The position numbers were made by a program, and so were the translations under genes. A model generated the notes under the pieces. It had not been told where the DNA came from. It searched no databases and saw nothing but the letters and a program-made list of their open reading frames with translations. Below are positions 1 through 7,483 of a DNA stretch of 32,000 bases, piece by piece. Source of the DNA: Desulfotalea psychrophila LSv54 (GTDB lineage: Bacteria > Desulfobacterota > Desulfobulbia > Desulfobulbales > Desulfocapsaceae); contig NC_006138.1 of assembly GCF_000025945.1 (NCBI RefSeq), forward strand, positions 2,490,001-2,522,000. The letters are read 5' to 3'. Every line of letters begins with the position of its first letter. Within the stretch, counting starts at the first letter, position 1.

Positions 1-70
1 CATGCCCGAGGGCGGCAGTAGTTTTCCCCTTACCATTTCCTGTGAAAACTGCAAAAATACCCACTGCCAT
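1..70 (-). CDS. cobO: Corrinoid (cob(I)yrinic acid a,c-diamide) adenosyltransferase, CobO/BtuR type. Only the first 23 codons are present; the gene runs off the left edge.
   Basis: The reverse complement of 1..70 translates to MAVGIFAVFTGNGKGKTTAALGH. VFTGNGKGKTTAA matches the P-loop segment I recall from E. coli BtuR/CobO. A GGGGG run lies 4 nt upstream of the ATG (68..70). The fragment is too short for the ORF track. Confidence 0.55.
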   Translation of the reverse strand, partial: MAVGIFAVFTGNGKGKTTAALGH

Positions 71-106
71 AACGGCCCCCATCTGTTTATGATTTTAGCA
101 TAGGCC

Positions 107-147
107 ATAAAAAAAGGAGGTTACTCCCAAGCGGGAACAACCTCCTT
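107..147 (-). terminator. Rho-independent terminator downstream of the HU gene
   Basis: AAGGAGGTT (114..122) pairs with AACCTCCTT (139..147), with an inner TCCC/GGGA helix. On the minus strand the hairpin is followed by a run of seven T (A-run 109..115 on plus). It lies about 115 nt after the hup stop. Confidence 0.6.
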
Positions 148-260
148 ACAGAGCAAATCTGTCAAAACCAGCGCCATGCCACTACAAAAAAATGAGCACC
201 ACGGCATACTACAAACAAAGCGCTCTTCAGCTAGGGAAGCCTTAGAGGCCAAAGACAATT

Positions 261-533
261 TTAGTTAATTGCCTCGGACAGCTTGCTTCCAGCTTTAAAC
301 TTAGCAATGTTTTTCGCAGGTATTTTAATAACTTCGTTGGTTCTTGGATTTCTTCCGTCACGAGCTTCGCGCTTAGACACTGAAAAAGTTCCAAAGCCTA
401 CCAGAGTAACCTTGTCACCTTTCTTCAAAGTCTCGGCAATTGCAGCCAAAGTTCCGTTCAATGCTTTTTCAGCGGCACCCTTGCTGATATCGGCTGCATC
501 TGCAATACTCTCGATAAGTTCCTTTTTGTTCAT
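261..533 (-). CDS. hup: HU family nucleoid-associated DNA-binding protein
   Basis: 90 aa: MNKKELIESIA...GFGTFSVSKREARDGRNPRTNEVIKIPAKNIAKFKAGSKL. It has the canonical HU/IHF length and the RNPxT arm motif. GGGAGG SD lies upstream. Confidence 0.95.
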   Translation of the reverse strand: MNKKELIESIADAADISKGAAEKALNGTLAAIAETLKKGDKVTLVGFGTFSVSKREARDGRNPRTNEVIKIPAKNIAKFKAGSKLSEAIN

Positions 534-758
534 GAATTCCTCCCAACTAAAAGCTCATTGCGTAATAACAGGAGAACTGATCCTCTCCCATTTTAGAATT
601 GACCTGCTTGAAATTCTTAGTATTTCTAGCAAGGCCAGCTGATTAACTTAAGTGCAAATCACCTTAATTGAATAAATGTCCATATTCAAGCATAAAATGA
701 TATTTTAGCTAAGCTATCCCCCGAAAAACCACGATTCTCTATAGGGGAGATGCAAACT

Positions 759-1556
759 CTACGACTGCCTACCGAGACAATCGACGAAGACACTATTAAA
801 ACCCATTTTTGTGAAGAATGACAAGGTTTTTTCACGCATATTTCTCTGCATTGCCAGAATAATATCTTTTTCCTGCAGCTGGAGGAGAACCATATCGGCC
901 CGAGGCTGCACTCGACAACCGGAAAAGCCAAGCCCCTGCAAGAATCTTTCACCCTGTTCTATGGAGGTTAACAGGTTCAGGCTAATCTTCGTGCCCCTCT
1001 CGATACGAGTTGCCAGGCATGAGTTAGAGCTAAGATTCCAATTAGCTAAGCCATGCTTTTTGGCAAGAAGACGAATTTCACCTTTGACCAGGCCTACCTC
1101 GGCAAGTGGTCGCGCTACCTCTTCCTCGATAAGGGCCTGAAGCCCGGGTCTATCCGCCTCTAAATCGCTTTTATTGGTGCCGTCAAGTAACTGGATTAAT
1201 ACTTCCCCTTGGCCACTGGATAGAGAGGTCTTAAGGGCTCTATACATATTTTTCTTACAAATATAACAACGCTCCCTGCCATTATTAACAAATTGATTCC
1301 ACTGCATGGGGTCAAGGATAAGCTTATGAGCCACACAGGAGTTGCCAAATTGCAGGGCCAAAAAGGCATCTACTCTTTTTGCAAAAAATTCATCCTGCAG
1401 GGAAGAAATAACAGTTACAACATGCACCTTTGACGGGCCCAGCGCCTGTCTCGCTGCATGGAGAAGAAAGCTTGAATCAATCCCGCCAGAAAAGGCAACA
1501 GCCACCTGAGGGTATTTTTTTATTGTCTGCAACAACCTTCTATATTTTTCTTCCAT
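759..1556 (-). CDS. larE: PP-loop ATP pyrophosphatase of the LarE / TIGR00268-like family (putative sulfur transferase)
   Basis: SGGIDS PP-loop motif (AVAFSGGIDSSFLL), CYIC (CxxC) and SCLATR cysteine motifs. The ORF track starts at 1643. I prefer the ATG at 1556 (MEEKYRRLL...) because AAGGGG sits about 6 nt upstream. The ATG at 1562 is an alternative. Confidence 0.7.
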   Translation of the reverse strand: MEEKYRRLLQTIKKYPQVAVAFSGGIDSSFLLHAARQALGPSKVHVVTVISSLQDEFFAKRVDAFLALQFGNSCVAHKLILDPMQWNQFVNNGRERCYICKKNMYRALKTSLSSGQGEVLIQLLDGTNKSDLEADRPGLQALIEEEVARPLAEVGLVKGEIRLLAKKHGLANWNLSSNSCLATRIERGTKISLNLLTSIEQGERFLQGLGFSGCRVQPRADMVLLQLQEKDIILAMQRNMREKTLSFFTKMGFNSVFVDCLGRQS

Positions 1557-1692
1557 AATCATCCCCTTGGCCAAGATATTGCCACTTGGCCGTCTGCAAA
1601 TATGCTTGACATAGCTGGAGCTATCCCCTAATCTGACTGGCATAATAATATCTTATAAGCTCTTTTAAAAATGGTCATTAAATTACGGTAAT

Positions 1693-2799
1693 ATGAAACA
1701 AGACTCCAATATACCAAAGGTACGAGAATCCATAGATACAATTGATAATAGTATCTTGGAATTACTTAAAAAACGAATCGGTCTCGCTAAGGAGATTGGT
1801 AGACTCAAAAGCGAAGATAACAGGTCAAAATGGGATCCTCTCAGAGAACGTGAGATCTATGAACGACTTATCACCAGTAATGAGGGTGATTTTCCAGATG
1901 AATCACTTCGCTCGATCTTTCATGAAATAATAACCACCTGCAGACTATCGCAAAAAAAAGCAGTGGTAGCCTATCTCGGGCCGGAGGCCACCTTTTCTCA
2001 CCTTGCCGGAGTAAAGTACTTTGGTCACTCTACAGACTATAAACCCCTTGAAACCATTGACGAGGTGTTTGCCGAGGTGGAAAAAGGCCGGGTTCAGTAC
2101 GGTATAGTTCCGGTGGAGAACTCAATTGAAGGGGCCGTTTTCTCCACCCTCGATTCTTTTATGAAGTACAAGATTAAGATCTGTGGAGAGATGCAACTGG
2201 CCATCTCCCATAATCTTGTCTGTAAATCTGGAAATATCGAGGATATTCAGACGGTAGCCTCCCACAATCAACCCCTTGCCCAGTGTCGGGATTGGTTACG
2301 TAAGCATCTGCCCAACACCCCCACCCTGCCTGTCTTCTCCACGGGTCTTGCCGCAAAAATGGCGGCTGATAATCCCAATATAGGGGCAATAGCATCCTCT
2401 CTTGCCATCAGCACCTACGATCTTCAGGTCGTGGTTAAGGGCATTGAGGATTATGAGGGAAATACTACCCGGTTCTTAATCATTGGTAAGGAGTCACCGG
2501 GCATCAGCGGCCGCGATCGCACCTCCCTTCTCATTGGCCTGATGGATCGACCTGGAGCCCTTAATGAGATACTGTCAGTTCTCTCAGAAGAGGGCATCAA
2601 CCTGGCCAAGATTGAATCCCGACCAATCAAGGGTAAACAGTGGAAGTACCTATTCTTCCTTGATATGATTGGCCATATAGAGGATGAGCAGATCAAGAGG
2701 GGCTGTGCCCGTCTCAAGCAGGAGTGCTCATATTTCGAATGGCTCGGTTCCTACCCGCAGGACGAGAATAGCCTCGAGTATTCACCCGCCAATCCGTGA
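1693..2799 (+). CDS. pheA: Bifunctional chorismate mutase / prephenate dehydratase (P-protein) with C-terminal ACT domain
   Basis: 368 aa. The N-terminal CM helix is IDTIDNSILELLKKRIGLAKEIG. The PDT core is VAYLGPEATFSH...VPVENSIEGAV. The ACT-like tail is TSLLIGLMDRPGALNEILSVL...NLAKIESRP. Confidence 0.93.
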   Translation: MKQDSNIPKVRESIDTIDNSILELLKKRIGLAKEIGRLKSEDNRSKWDPLREREIYERLITSNEGDFPDESLRSIFHEIITTCRLSQKKAVVAYLGPEATFSHLAGVKYFGHSTDYKPLETIDEVFAEVEKGRVQYGIVPVENSIEGAVFSTLDSFMKYKIKICGEMQLAISHNLVCKSGNIEDIQTVASHNQPLAQCRDWLRKHLPNTPTLPVFSTGLAAKMAADNPNIGAIASSLAISTYDLQVVVKGIEDYEGNTTRFLIIGKESPGISGRDRTSLLIGLMDRPGALNEILSVLSEEGINLAKIESRPIKGKQWKYLFFLDMIGHIEDEQIKRGCARLKQECSYFEWLGSYPQDENSLEYSPANP

Positions 2800-3828
2800 C
2801 ATTTGGCCACTGCACTTTTCGCCATCTTCCGGGCCATTTCCATCAAAGGAGTGGCCCTTTGGTTTAGTGAGCACTGATTTTCGAATTATTGCCATTAACT
2901 CCTCATCGCTGCCACCGGTCCGGATAACCGACTTGAGATCTAACTCTTTATCGTTAAGCAGACAGGATCTTAATTTACCTTCAGAGGTAAGACGCAGACG
3001 ATTACACTGGTCACAGAAATGATGGCTGAGTGGACTGATAAAACCAATCTTGCCTGTTCTGCCATCTGCAGACGATATATCATACATTTTTGCAGGTCCT
3101 GCTCCCTTTGCATGGTTACAGGGGGTTAACTGGGCTACGGTTTTTATATCTGCAATAATATCATCGACGGAGATAAATCGCTCCTTTTTCCAGCTGGTGG
3201 ATTCCCCCATGGGCATGAACTCTATAAAACGGACCTCAAAGTTGCGATCGAGGGCCAACTGGGCAAAATTTACAAATTCATCACTGTTGACGCCCTGCAT
3301 GGCAACCACGTTTATTTTAATGCAAAAGCCCAGCTCTTCCGCAGCGCAAATGCCCCGCCATACTTGAGCAAAGAGGTCCCGTTTAGTGATTTCGAAGAAT
3401 TTTTTCGCCTGAAGAGAATCAAGGGATATATTAAGTTGTCGCACTCCATACTGCCAGAGTCTCTCTGCATAATCGGCTAGCAAAACACCATTGGTGGTAA
3501 GCGACAGTTGCTCAAGGCCCCTATCTTTTTTAAGCTCTTGAATAAACTCAAGGACACCTCGTCTAACCAGTGGCTCGCCACCGGTTAGACGAATCTTCCG
3601 TATACCCATGGCAGTTGCCAAGCGGCTTACCCGGAGAATTTCTTCGTAGGTTAAAAGGTCTGCATGCTGTAGAATAACACCTGTTGTCGTATGTCTACCA
3701 TCTTCATCCTCTGGCATACAGTAGATACAACGGAGGTTGCAACGGTCCGTTAAGGATATTCTTAAATAGGAAATATTACGGTCATATTTATCCACAAGAG
3801 GCAGTGGGGAAGGCTGTTGTTTGAGCAC
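2782..3828 (-). CDS. moaA: GTP 3',8-cyclase (molybdenum cofactor biosynthesis protein A), radical SAM
   Basis: LRISLTDRCNLRCIYCMP radical-SAM CxxxCxxC motif, a C-terminal second cluster region (HHFCDQCNRLRLTSEGKLRSC) and a terminal GG. The ORF-track ATG at 4008 abuts the divergent tsaD ORF and adds a K-rich, AT-rich 60-aa extension unlike MoaA. I call the GTG at 3826..3828 (VLKQQPSPLPLVDKYDRNISYLRISLTDRC) with AGGAG about 10 nt upstream. The start is uncertain. Confidence 0.85.
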   Translation of the reverse strand: MLKQQPSPLPLVDKYDRNISYLRISLTDRCNLRCIYCMPEDEDGRHTTTGVILQHADLLTYEEILRVSRLATAMGIRKIRLTGGEPLVRRGVLEFIQELKKDRGLEQLSLTTNGVLLADYAERLWQYGVRQLNISLDSLQAKKFFEITKRDLFAQVWRGICAAEELGFCIKINVVAMQGVNSDEFVNFAQLALDRNFEVRFIEFMPMGESTSWKKERFISVDDIIADIKTVAQLTPCNHAKGAGPAKMYDISSADGRTGKIGFISPLSHHFCDQCNRLRLTSEGKLRSCLLNDKELDLKSVIRTGGSDEELMAIIRKSVLTKPKGHSFDGNGPEDGEKCSGQMSRIGG

Positions 3829-3994
3829 GATTTTTATTTCTCCTATACATGGGCAGGGGTAAAAGTTGACTTGCAAAGTACTCGCCAATATACTTTCATC
3901 CTTGATTTGATAATAAGCATATAGTACAGGATTGTTCTTAACGCTAGTGCATTTGAATTTCTTTTTAGAGAGATTTTTTTTTACAAAGATAGCC

Positions 3995-4017
3995 GGAATA
4001 CATTTCATATGTATTCC
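3995..4017. promoter_or_regulatory. Perfect 9-bp inverted repeat (GGAATACAT-TTCAT-ATGTATTCC) in the moaA/tsaD divergent control region
   Basis: Read directly: 3995..4003 is the reverse complement of 4009..4017, with a 5-nt spacer. It ends 1 nt before the tsaD SD (AGGAAG 4018..4023). It could be an operator or a 5'-UTR hairpin; the function is unknown. Confidence 0.3.
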
Positions 4018-4029
4018 AGGAAGATAAAT

Positions 4030-5043
4030 ATGATAATATTAGGCATAGAAAGTTCCTGTGATGACACCTCTGCAGCCGTTGTAATAGACGGAACGGCAAT
4101 ACAGTCAAACGTCATCAGTGGTCAGGAAGAAATTCATAATTGTTTTGGAGGTGTTGTCCCTGAACTTGCCTCCAGAAGTCATCTCAGCGCCATCCAACCC
4201 GTTGTTGAAAAGGCCCTGTCTGACGCTAAGATCAGCCTTGATGATATTGATCTCATTGCTACCACCCAGGGGCCGGGATTGAGTGGCTCGCTGTTGGTGG
4301 GCTATTCCTACGCTAAATCCCTCTCTCTGGTGAAAAAGATTCCCTTTGTCGGAGTAGATCATATGGCAGGTCATGCTCTTGCCATCCTCTTGGAGGAAGA
4401 GACCCCAGATTTTCCCTTTATCGCCCTCACCGCCTCCGGTGGCACCTCGTCAATTTTTTTGGTGAAGAGTAGTACGGATTTTGAGCTTCTGGGGCGCACC
4501 CGCGATGATGCAGCAGGCGAGGCCTTTGACAAGGTTGCCAAGGTCCTGGGCCTTCCCTATCCGGGAGGTCCCCATATCGCAGCCCATGCAGAGACGGGCG
4601 ATGAAAAAAGTATCAAATTCCCCAGAGCATGGCTGGATAAGGATGGTTTTGACTTCAGCTTTAGTGGCTTGAAGACAGCTGTTCTTAATTATCACAATAA
4701 AATTGTGCAAAAAAATGGTAGTATTACAAAAGAAGAAAGGGCTGATATCTGTGCCTCTTTCCAACAGGCTGTTATAGATGTTTTAGTGACTAAAACTATT
4801 AATGCAGCAAGGACACATGGTATTTCAACAGTCGTCCTCGGTGGAGGGGTCTCCTCCAACAGGGCCCTGCGCCTGGCCTTTTCCCATGAGTGCGATAAAT
4901 GTAAGCTTCAATTTTTTGTTCCGGCAGCAAAGCTCTGTACAGACAATGCAGCAATGATTGCCGTTGCCGGCTATCATAAATACCTGCGTTTTGGACCTGG
5001 TAATCTAAGCGATGACGTTTATTCACGTTCACAACTGGGATAG
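4030..5043 (+). CDS. tsaD: tRNA N6-adenosine threonylcarbamoyltransferase TsaD (Kae1/Qri7/YgjD family)
   Basis: MIILGIESSCDDTSAAVV... and VDHMAGHA (metal-binding HxxxH region) are typical of TsaD. I prefer the ATG at 4030 (AGGAAG SD 6 nt upstream) over the ORF-track ATG at 4009, because family members start MxxLGIExSCDxT. Confidence 0.93.
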   Translation: MIILGIESSCDDTSAAVVIDGTAIQSNVISGQEEIHNCFGGVVPELASRSHLSAIQPVVEKALSDAKISLDDIDLIATTQGPGLSGSLLVGYSYAKSLSLVKKIPFVGVDHMAGHALAILLEEETPDFPFIALTASGGTSSIFLVKSSTDFELLGRTRDDAAGEAFDKVAKVLGLPYPGGPHIAAHAETGDEKSIKFPRAWLDKDGFDFSFSGLKTAVLNYHNKIVQKNGSITKEERADICASFQQAVIDVLVTKTINAARTHGISTVVLGGGVSSNRALRLAFSHECDKCKLQFFVPAAKLCTDNAAMIAVAGYHKYLRFGPGNLSDDVYSRSQLG

Positions 5044-5049
5044 GTCTGA

Positions 5050-5544
5050 ATGAATTTAAAACGTACTGGCAGATATTTTTTTCTTCGAATAATACGGTTA
5101 AGAGGAAAACCTTATTTTGTGGCAGGCGGCATTTTTTGGGGGATTTTTATCGGTTTGACACCCATTGTCCCCCTGCATACCATCATAATAATTGCGCTTA
5201 CCCTTGCAACGAGAACCTCTACCGCTGCCGGTATTATTTTCAGTTGGCTTGCCTGCAACCCCTTAACCTTTTTTCCCATCTATTATCTTTCTGTTTATTT
5301 CGGAAATAAAGTAACCCCGTACCACTTAGATTCAGCGAAGATCTATTCTATTATGAAGATGTTTGAGCAGGCAGATGGCTTTATTGCCTCAATCTATATT
5401 CTCCTTGATCAGGGTTATCAAACCATTACCCTGCTTGTTGCCGGCGGAGCGGTATTTGCCCTTCCCCTCGGCTTGATGGGTTACTTTATTTCCTTAAAAA
5501 TTTTTTCTATAACACAACAAAAAAGGACCTCTGACAGAGGTTAG
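5050..5544 (+). CDS. DUF2062-family integral membrane protein
   Basis: 164 aa. RLRGKPYFVAGGIFWGIFIGLTPIVPLHTIIIIAL...NPLTFFPIYYLSVYFG matches the conserved DUF2062 core as I recall it. It has 3-4 predicted TM helices and lies 6 nt after tsaD and 7 nt before rsmA. Confidence 0.7.
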   Translation: MNLKRTGRYFFLRIIRLRGKPYFVAGGIFWGIFIGLTPIVPLHTIIIIALTLATRTSTAAGIIFSWLACNPLTFFPIYYLSVYFGNKVTPYHLDSAKIYSIMKMFEQADGFIASIYILLDQGYQTITLLVAGGAVFALPLGLMGYFISLKIFSITQQKRTSDRG

Positions 5545-5551
5545 AGATATT

Positions 5552-6439
5552 ATGAGTAGTTACGGAAGAACCCGCACCGACCTTAAGAAACATAAGCTTG
5601 CTCCCAAAAAACGCTTTGGGCAAAACTTTCTTGTCCATAAACAGACAGCAGAGGCCATTGTCCGCGCAGGCGAGGTAGGCGAAGACGATATCATTACAGA
5701 AATTGGTGTTGGTCTCGGAGCCCTGACGGTGCCCATGGCCCATCAGGCCAAACATGTCTATGGCATAGAAATTGACAATGGTATTATTAAATACCACGAA
5801 GAGGAACAGGATTTACCTGATAATGTTACCCTTATTCATCAGGATGTGCTTAAGGTAGGTTTTGGCGACCTTGCGGAAAAATGCGGTGGCAAGCTCAAAA
5901 TTCTGGCGAATTTGCCCTACTCCATATCCCATCCGCTTATATTTAAACTCATTGAGCACAGGGATATCATACCCACTGCAACCATCATGTTGCAGGAGGA
6001 GGTGGCAGACCGTCTCCTGGCCAAGCCTGGTACCAAGGAATATGGTATTCCTACAATTCTTCTCGGCTGCTGTGCCTCCATCAAAAAGAAGATGGTGCTG
6101 AAGCCGGCAGAATTTCATCCGCGACCAAAGATTGACTCTGCGGTTATTACAGTCGATTTTACTAAACCGCCAGAGCTCCCTGAGTACAATAAAGAATTGC
6201 TCAGCCGCGTTGTCCGGAGCGCCTTCAGTCAGCGTCGTAAGACCATCCTTAACACCTTGAGCTCCGCATCATTTTTCTTTGCTGAAAAAGAAAATAAGGC
6301 CAAAAATAAAGCGATGACTGAAAAGACTATTGAAAAGGCGGGATTTGCCGTTAGCCTCCGGCCGGAGGTACTTTCCATCCAAGACTTTGTTCGGCTTACC
6401 ACCGTCTTTGAGCAGGAAATGAACAGGACAGAAGAATAA
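5552..6439 (+). CDS. rsmA: 16S rRNA (adenine1518-N6/adenine1519-N6)-dimethyltransferase
   Basis: KKRFGQNFLVHKQTAEAIV, EIGVGLGALT (SAM-binding motif) and ANLPYSISHPLIF are hallmark KsgA/RsmA motifs. 295 aa. Confidence 0.93.
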   Translation: MSSYGRTRTDLKKHKLAPKKRFGQNFLVHKQTAEAIVRAGEVGEDDIITEIGVGLGALTVPMAHQAKHVYGIEIDNGIIKYHEEEQDLPDNVTLIHQDVLKVGFGDLAEKCGGKLKILANLPYSISHPLIFKLIEHRDIIPTATIMLQEEVADRLLAKPGTKEYGIPTILLGCCASIKKKMVLKPAEFHPRPKIDSAVITVDFTKPPELPEYNKELLSRVVRSAFSQRRKTILNTLSSASFFFAEKENKAKNKAMTEKTIEKAGFAVSLRPEVLSIQDFVRLTTVFEQEMNRTEE

Positions 6440-6502
6440 TTCTACAAAGTGGTACGGGGACATTTTTAGCTGAGCTAAAAATGTCCCCAAAGATTCTGCA
6501 TA

Positions 6503-7018
6503 TTACTTCTTCTCTTCACGCTCACCAAAGGGCGTTAAGTGGTGGGCGGCAGCAATGTCATAGGTTACGTAAAAATTTGCATAGGTTTTACCATAGGATG
6601 ATCCCGAACCATTTTTCAGCACAACCAGACAGGTCTTACTTGGTTTAGTAAAGGCCAGCATGACCTTATCGTAATCAGCCTCACCCACAAGATTCCAGCC
6701 CTTGTCTGCCATGGAGTTAGCAATATAATCGCGCAGAGAATGTAATTCTACCTTGCCCACATATTCATAAACTCCGCCCCGAAACGAACCTGTCCGAATG
6801 GCCATATTCTTTCCCTGCTTCATTTCAATGGGCAATTCGATATCCTCGTAACCGGCCAAAGATGCAGAAATTGGTGTCAACTCTTCATCGGAAATAGGCG
6901 GAGCCATTTCAGAGCCGGACTGTTGATTCTTCCAGTTATTACATCCGCCCAGAAACAAAAAACTCACGGCGCATAAGCAAATAATATTTTTTTTCAGAAT
7001 AAAAATTGAACTAGCCAT
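6503..7018 (-). CDS. Hypothetical lipoprotein
   Basis: MASSIFILKKNIICLCAVSFLFLGGC has a lipobox (L-G-G-C). GGGGG SD lies 6 nt upstream of the ATG at 7018, whereas the ORF-track start at 7105 adds an implausible leader. I recognise no family. Confidence 0.6.
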   Translation of the reverse strand: MASSIFILKKNIICLCAVSFLFLGGCNNWKNQQSGSEMAPPISDEELTPISASLAGYEDIELPIEMKQGKNMAIRTGSFRGGVYEYVGKVELHSLRDYIANSMADKGWNLVGEADYDKVMLAFTKPSKTCLVVLKNGSGSSYGKTYANFYVTYDIAAAHHLTPFGEREEKK

Positions 7019-7227
7019 AATTAACCCCCACATGGTATTTATAAACACTTGTAATAAGAAACTTAGATAGGAAGAGCGCCGGTAGAAATTACAGCGCCCC
7101 ACCACACAATCCTTCCATTAGAAATGGTAGTTGAATTCTGCCTCATTGTCGAGATTTTTTATATAAAATATAAAAACATTACGGGGCTATGCCACTAATT
7201 TAAGGCTATTTTAAAACAGGGACAAAT

Positions 7228-7452
7228 ATGAATCAAGAAGTAACAGATGTTGTAGTAAGCGAACTCCCCATCCGCCTGGGCCAGTTCTTGAAACTAGCCA
7301 GTGCCGTGCAGGATGGATTTGAAGCAAAAATACATATCCAGGCAGGAACTGTCGAGGTAAACGGTGAAGTAGAAACACGACGAGGTTGCCAGCTTGCTCA
7401 AGATGACCTCGTTAGCTTTGATGGCCAGAGCTATAGACTCGTAATCAAATAA
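7228..7452 (+). CDS. S4-domain RNA-binding protein, YbcJ-like (ribosome-associated)
   Basis: 74 aa. IRLGQFLKLASAVQDGFEAKIHIQAGTVEVNGEVETRRGCQL...VSFDG parallels E. coli YbcJ (...LLKLEGW..GAQAKIAIAEGQVKVDGAVETRKRCKI). Confidence 0.75.
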   Translation: MNQEVTDVVVSELPIRLGQFLKLASAVQDGFEAKIHIQAGTVEVNGEVETRRGCQLAQDDLVSFDGQSYRLVIK

Positions 7453-7483
7453 TATCTCATTTATATTTATAACAGGAGGTTAT

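Noticed and set aside
283-642. 119-aa plus-strand ORF overlapping hup
   Set aside because: It is antisense to a near-certain HU gene. Its composition is hydrophobic and low-complexity, typical of a shadow ORF, and it has no SD.
1644-1692. pheA leader-peptide attenuator (as in E. coli pheL)
   Set aside because: Only 49 nt separate the divergent larE-like ORF from the pheA start. There is no Phe-rich mini-ORF and no room for alternative hairpins.
3829-4008. Moco riboswitch upstream of moaA, and the 60-aa N-terminal extension of the 408-aa ORF
   Set aside because: The region is AT-rich and lacks the conserved GC-rich helices I associate with the Moco RNA motif. The extension (MKCIPAIFVKKNLSKKKFKCTSVKNN...) is low-complexity, unlike any MoaA N-terminus, and would leave no promoter space next to tsaD. 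A cmsearch with RF01055 would settle the riboswitch question.
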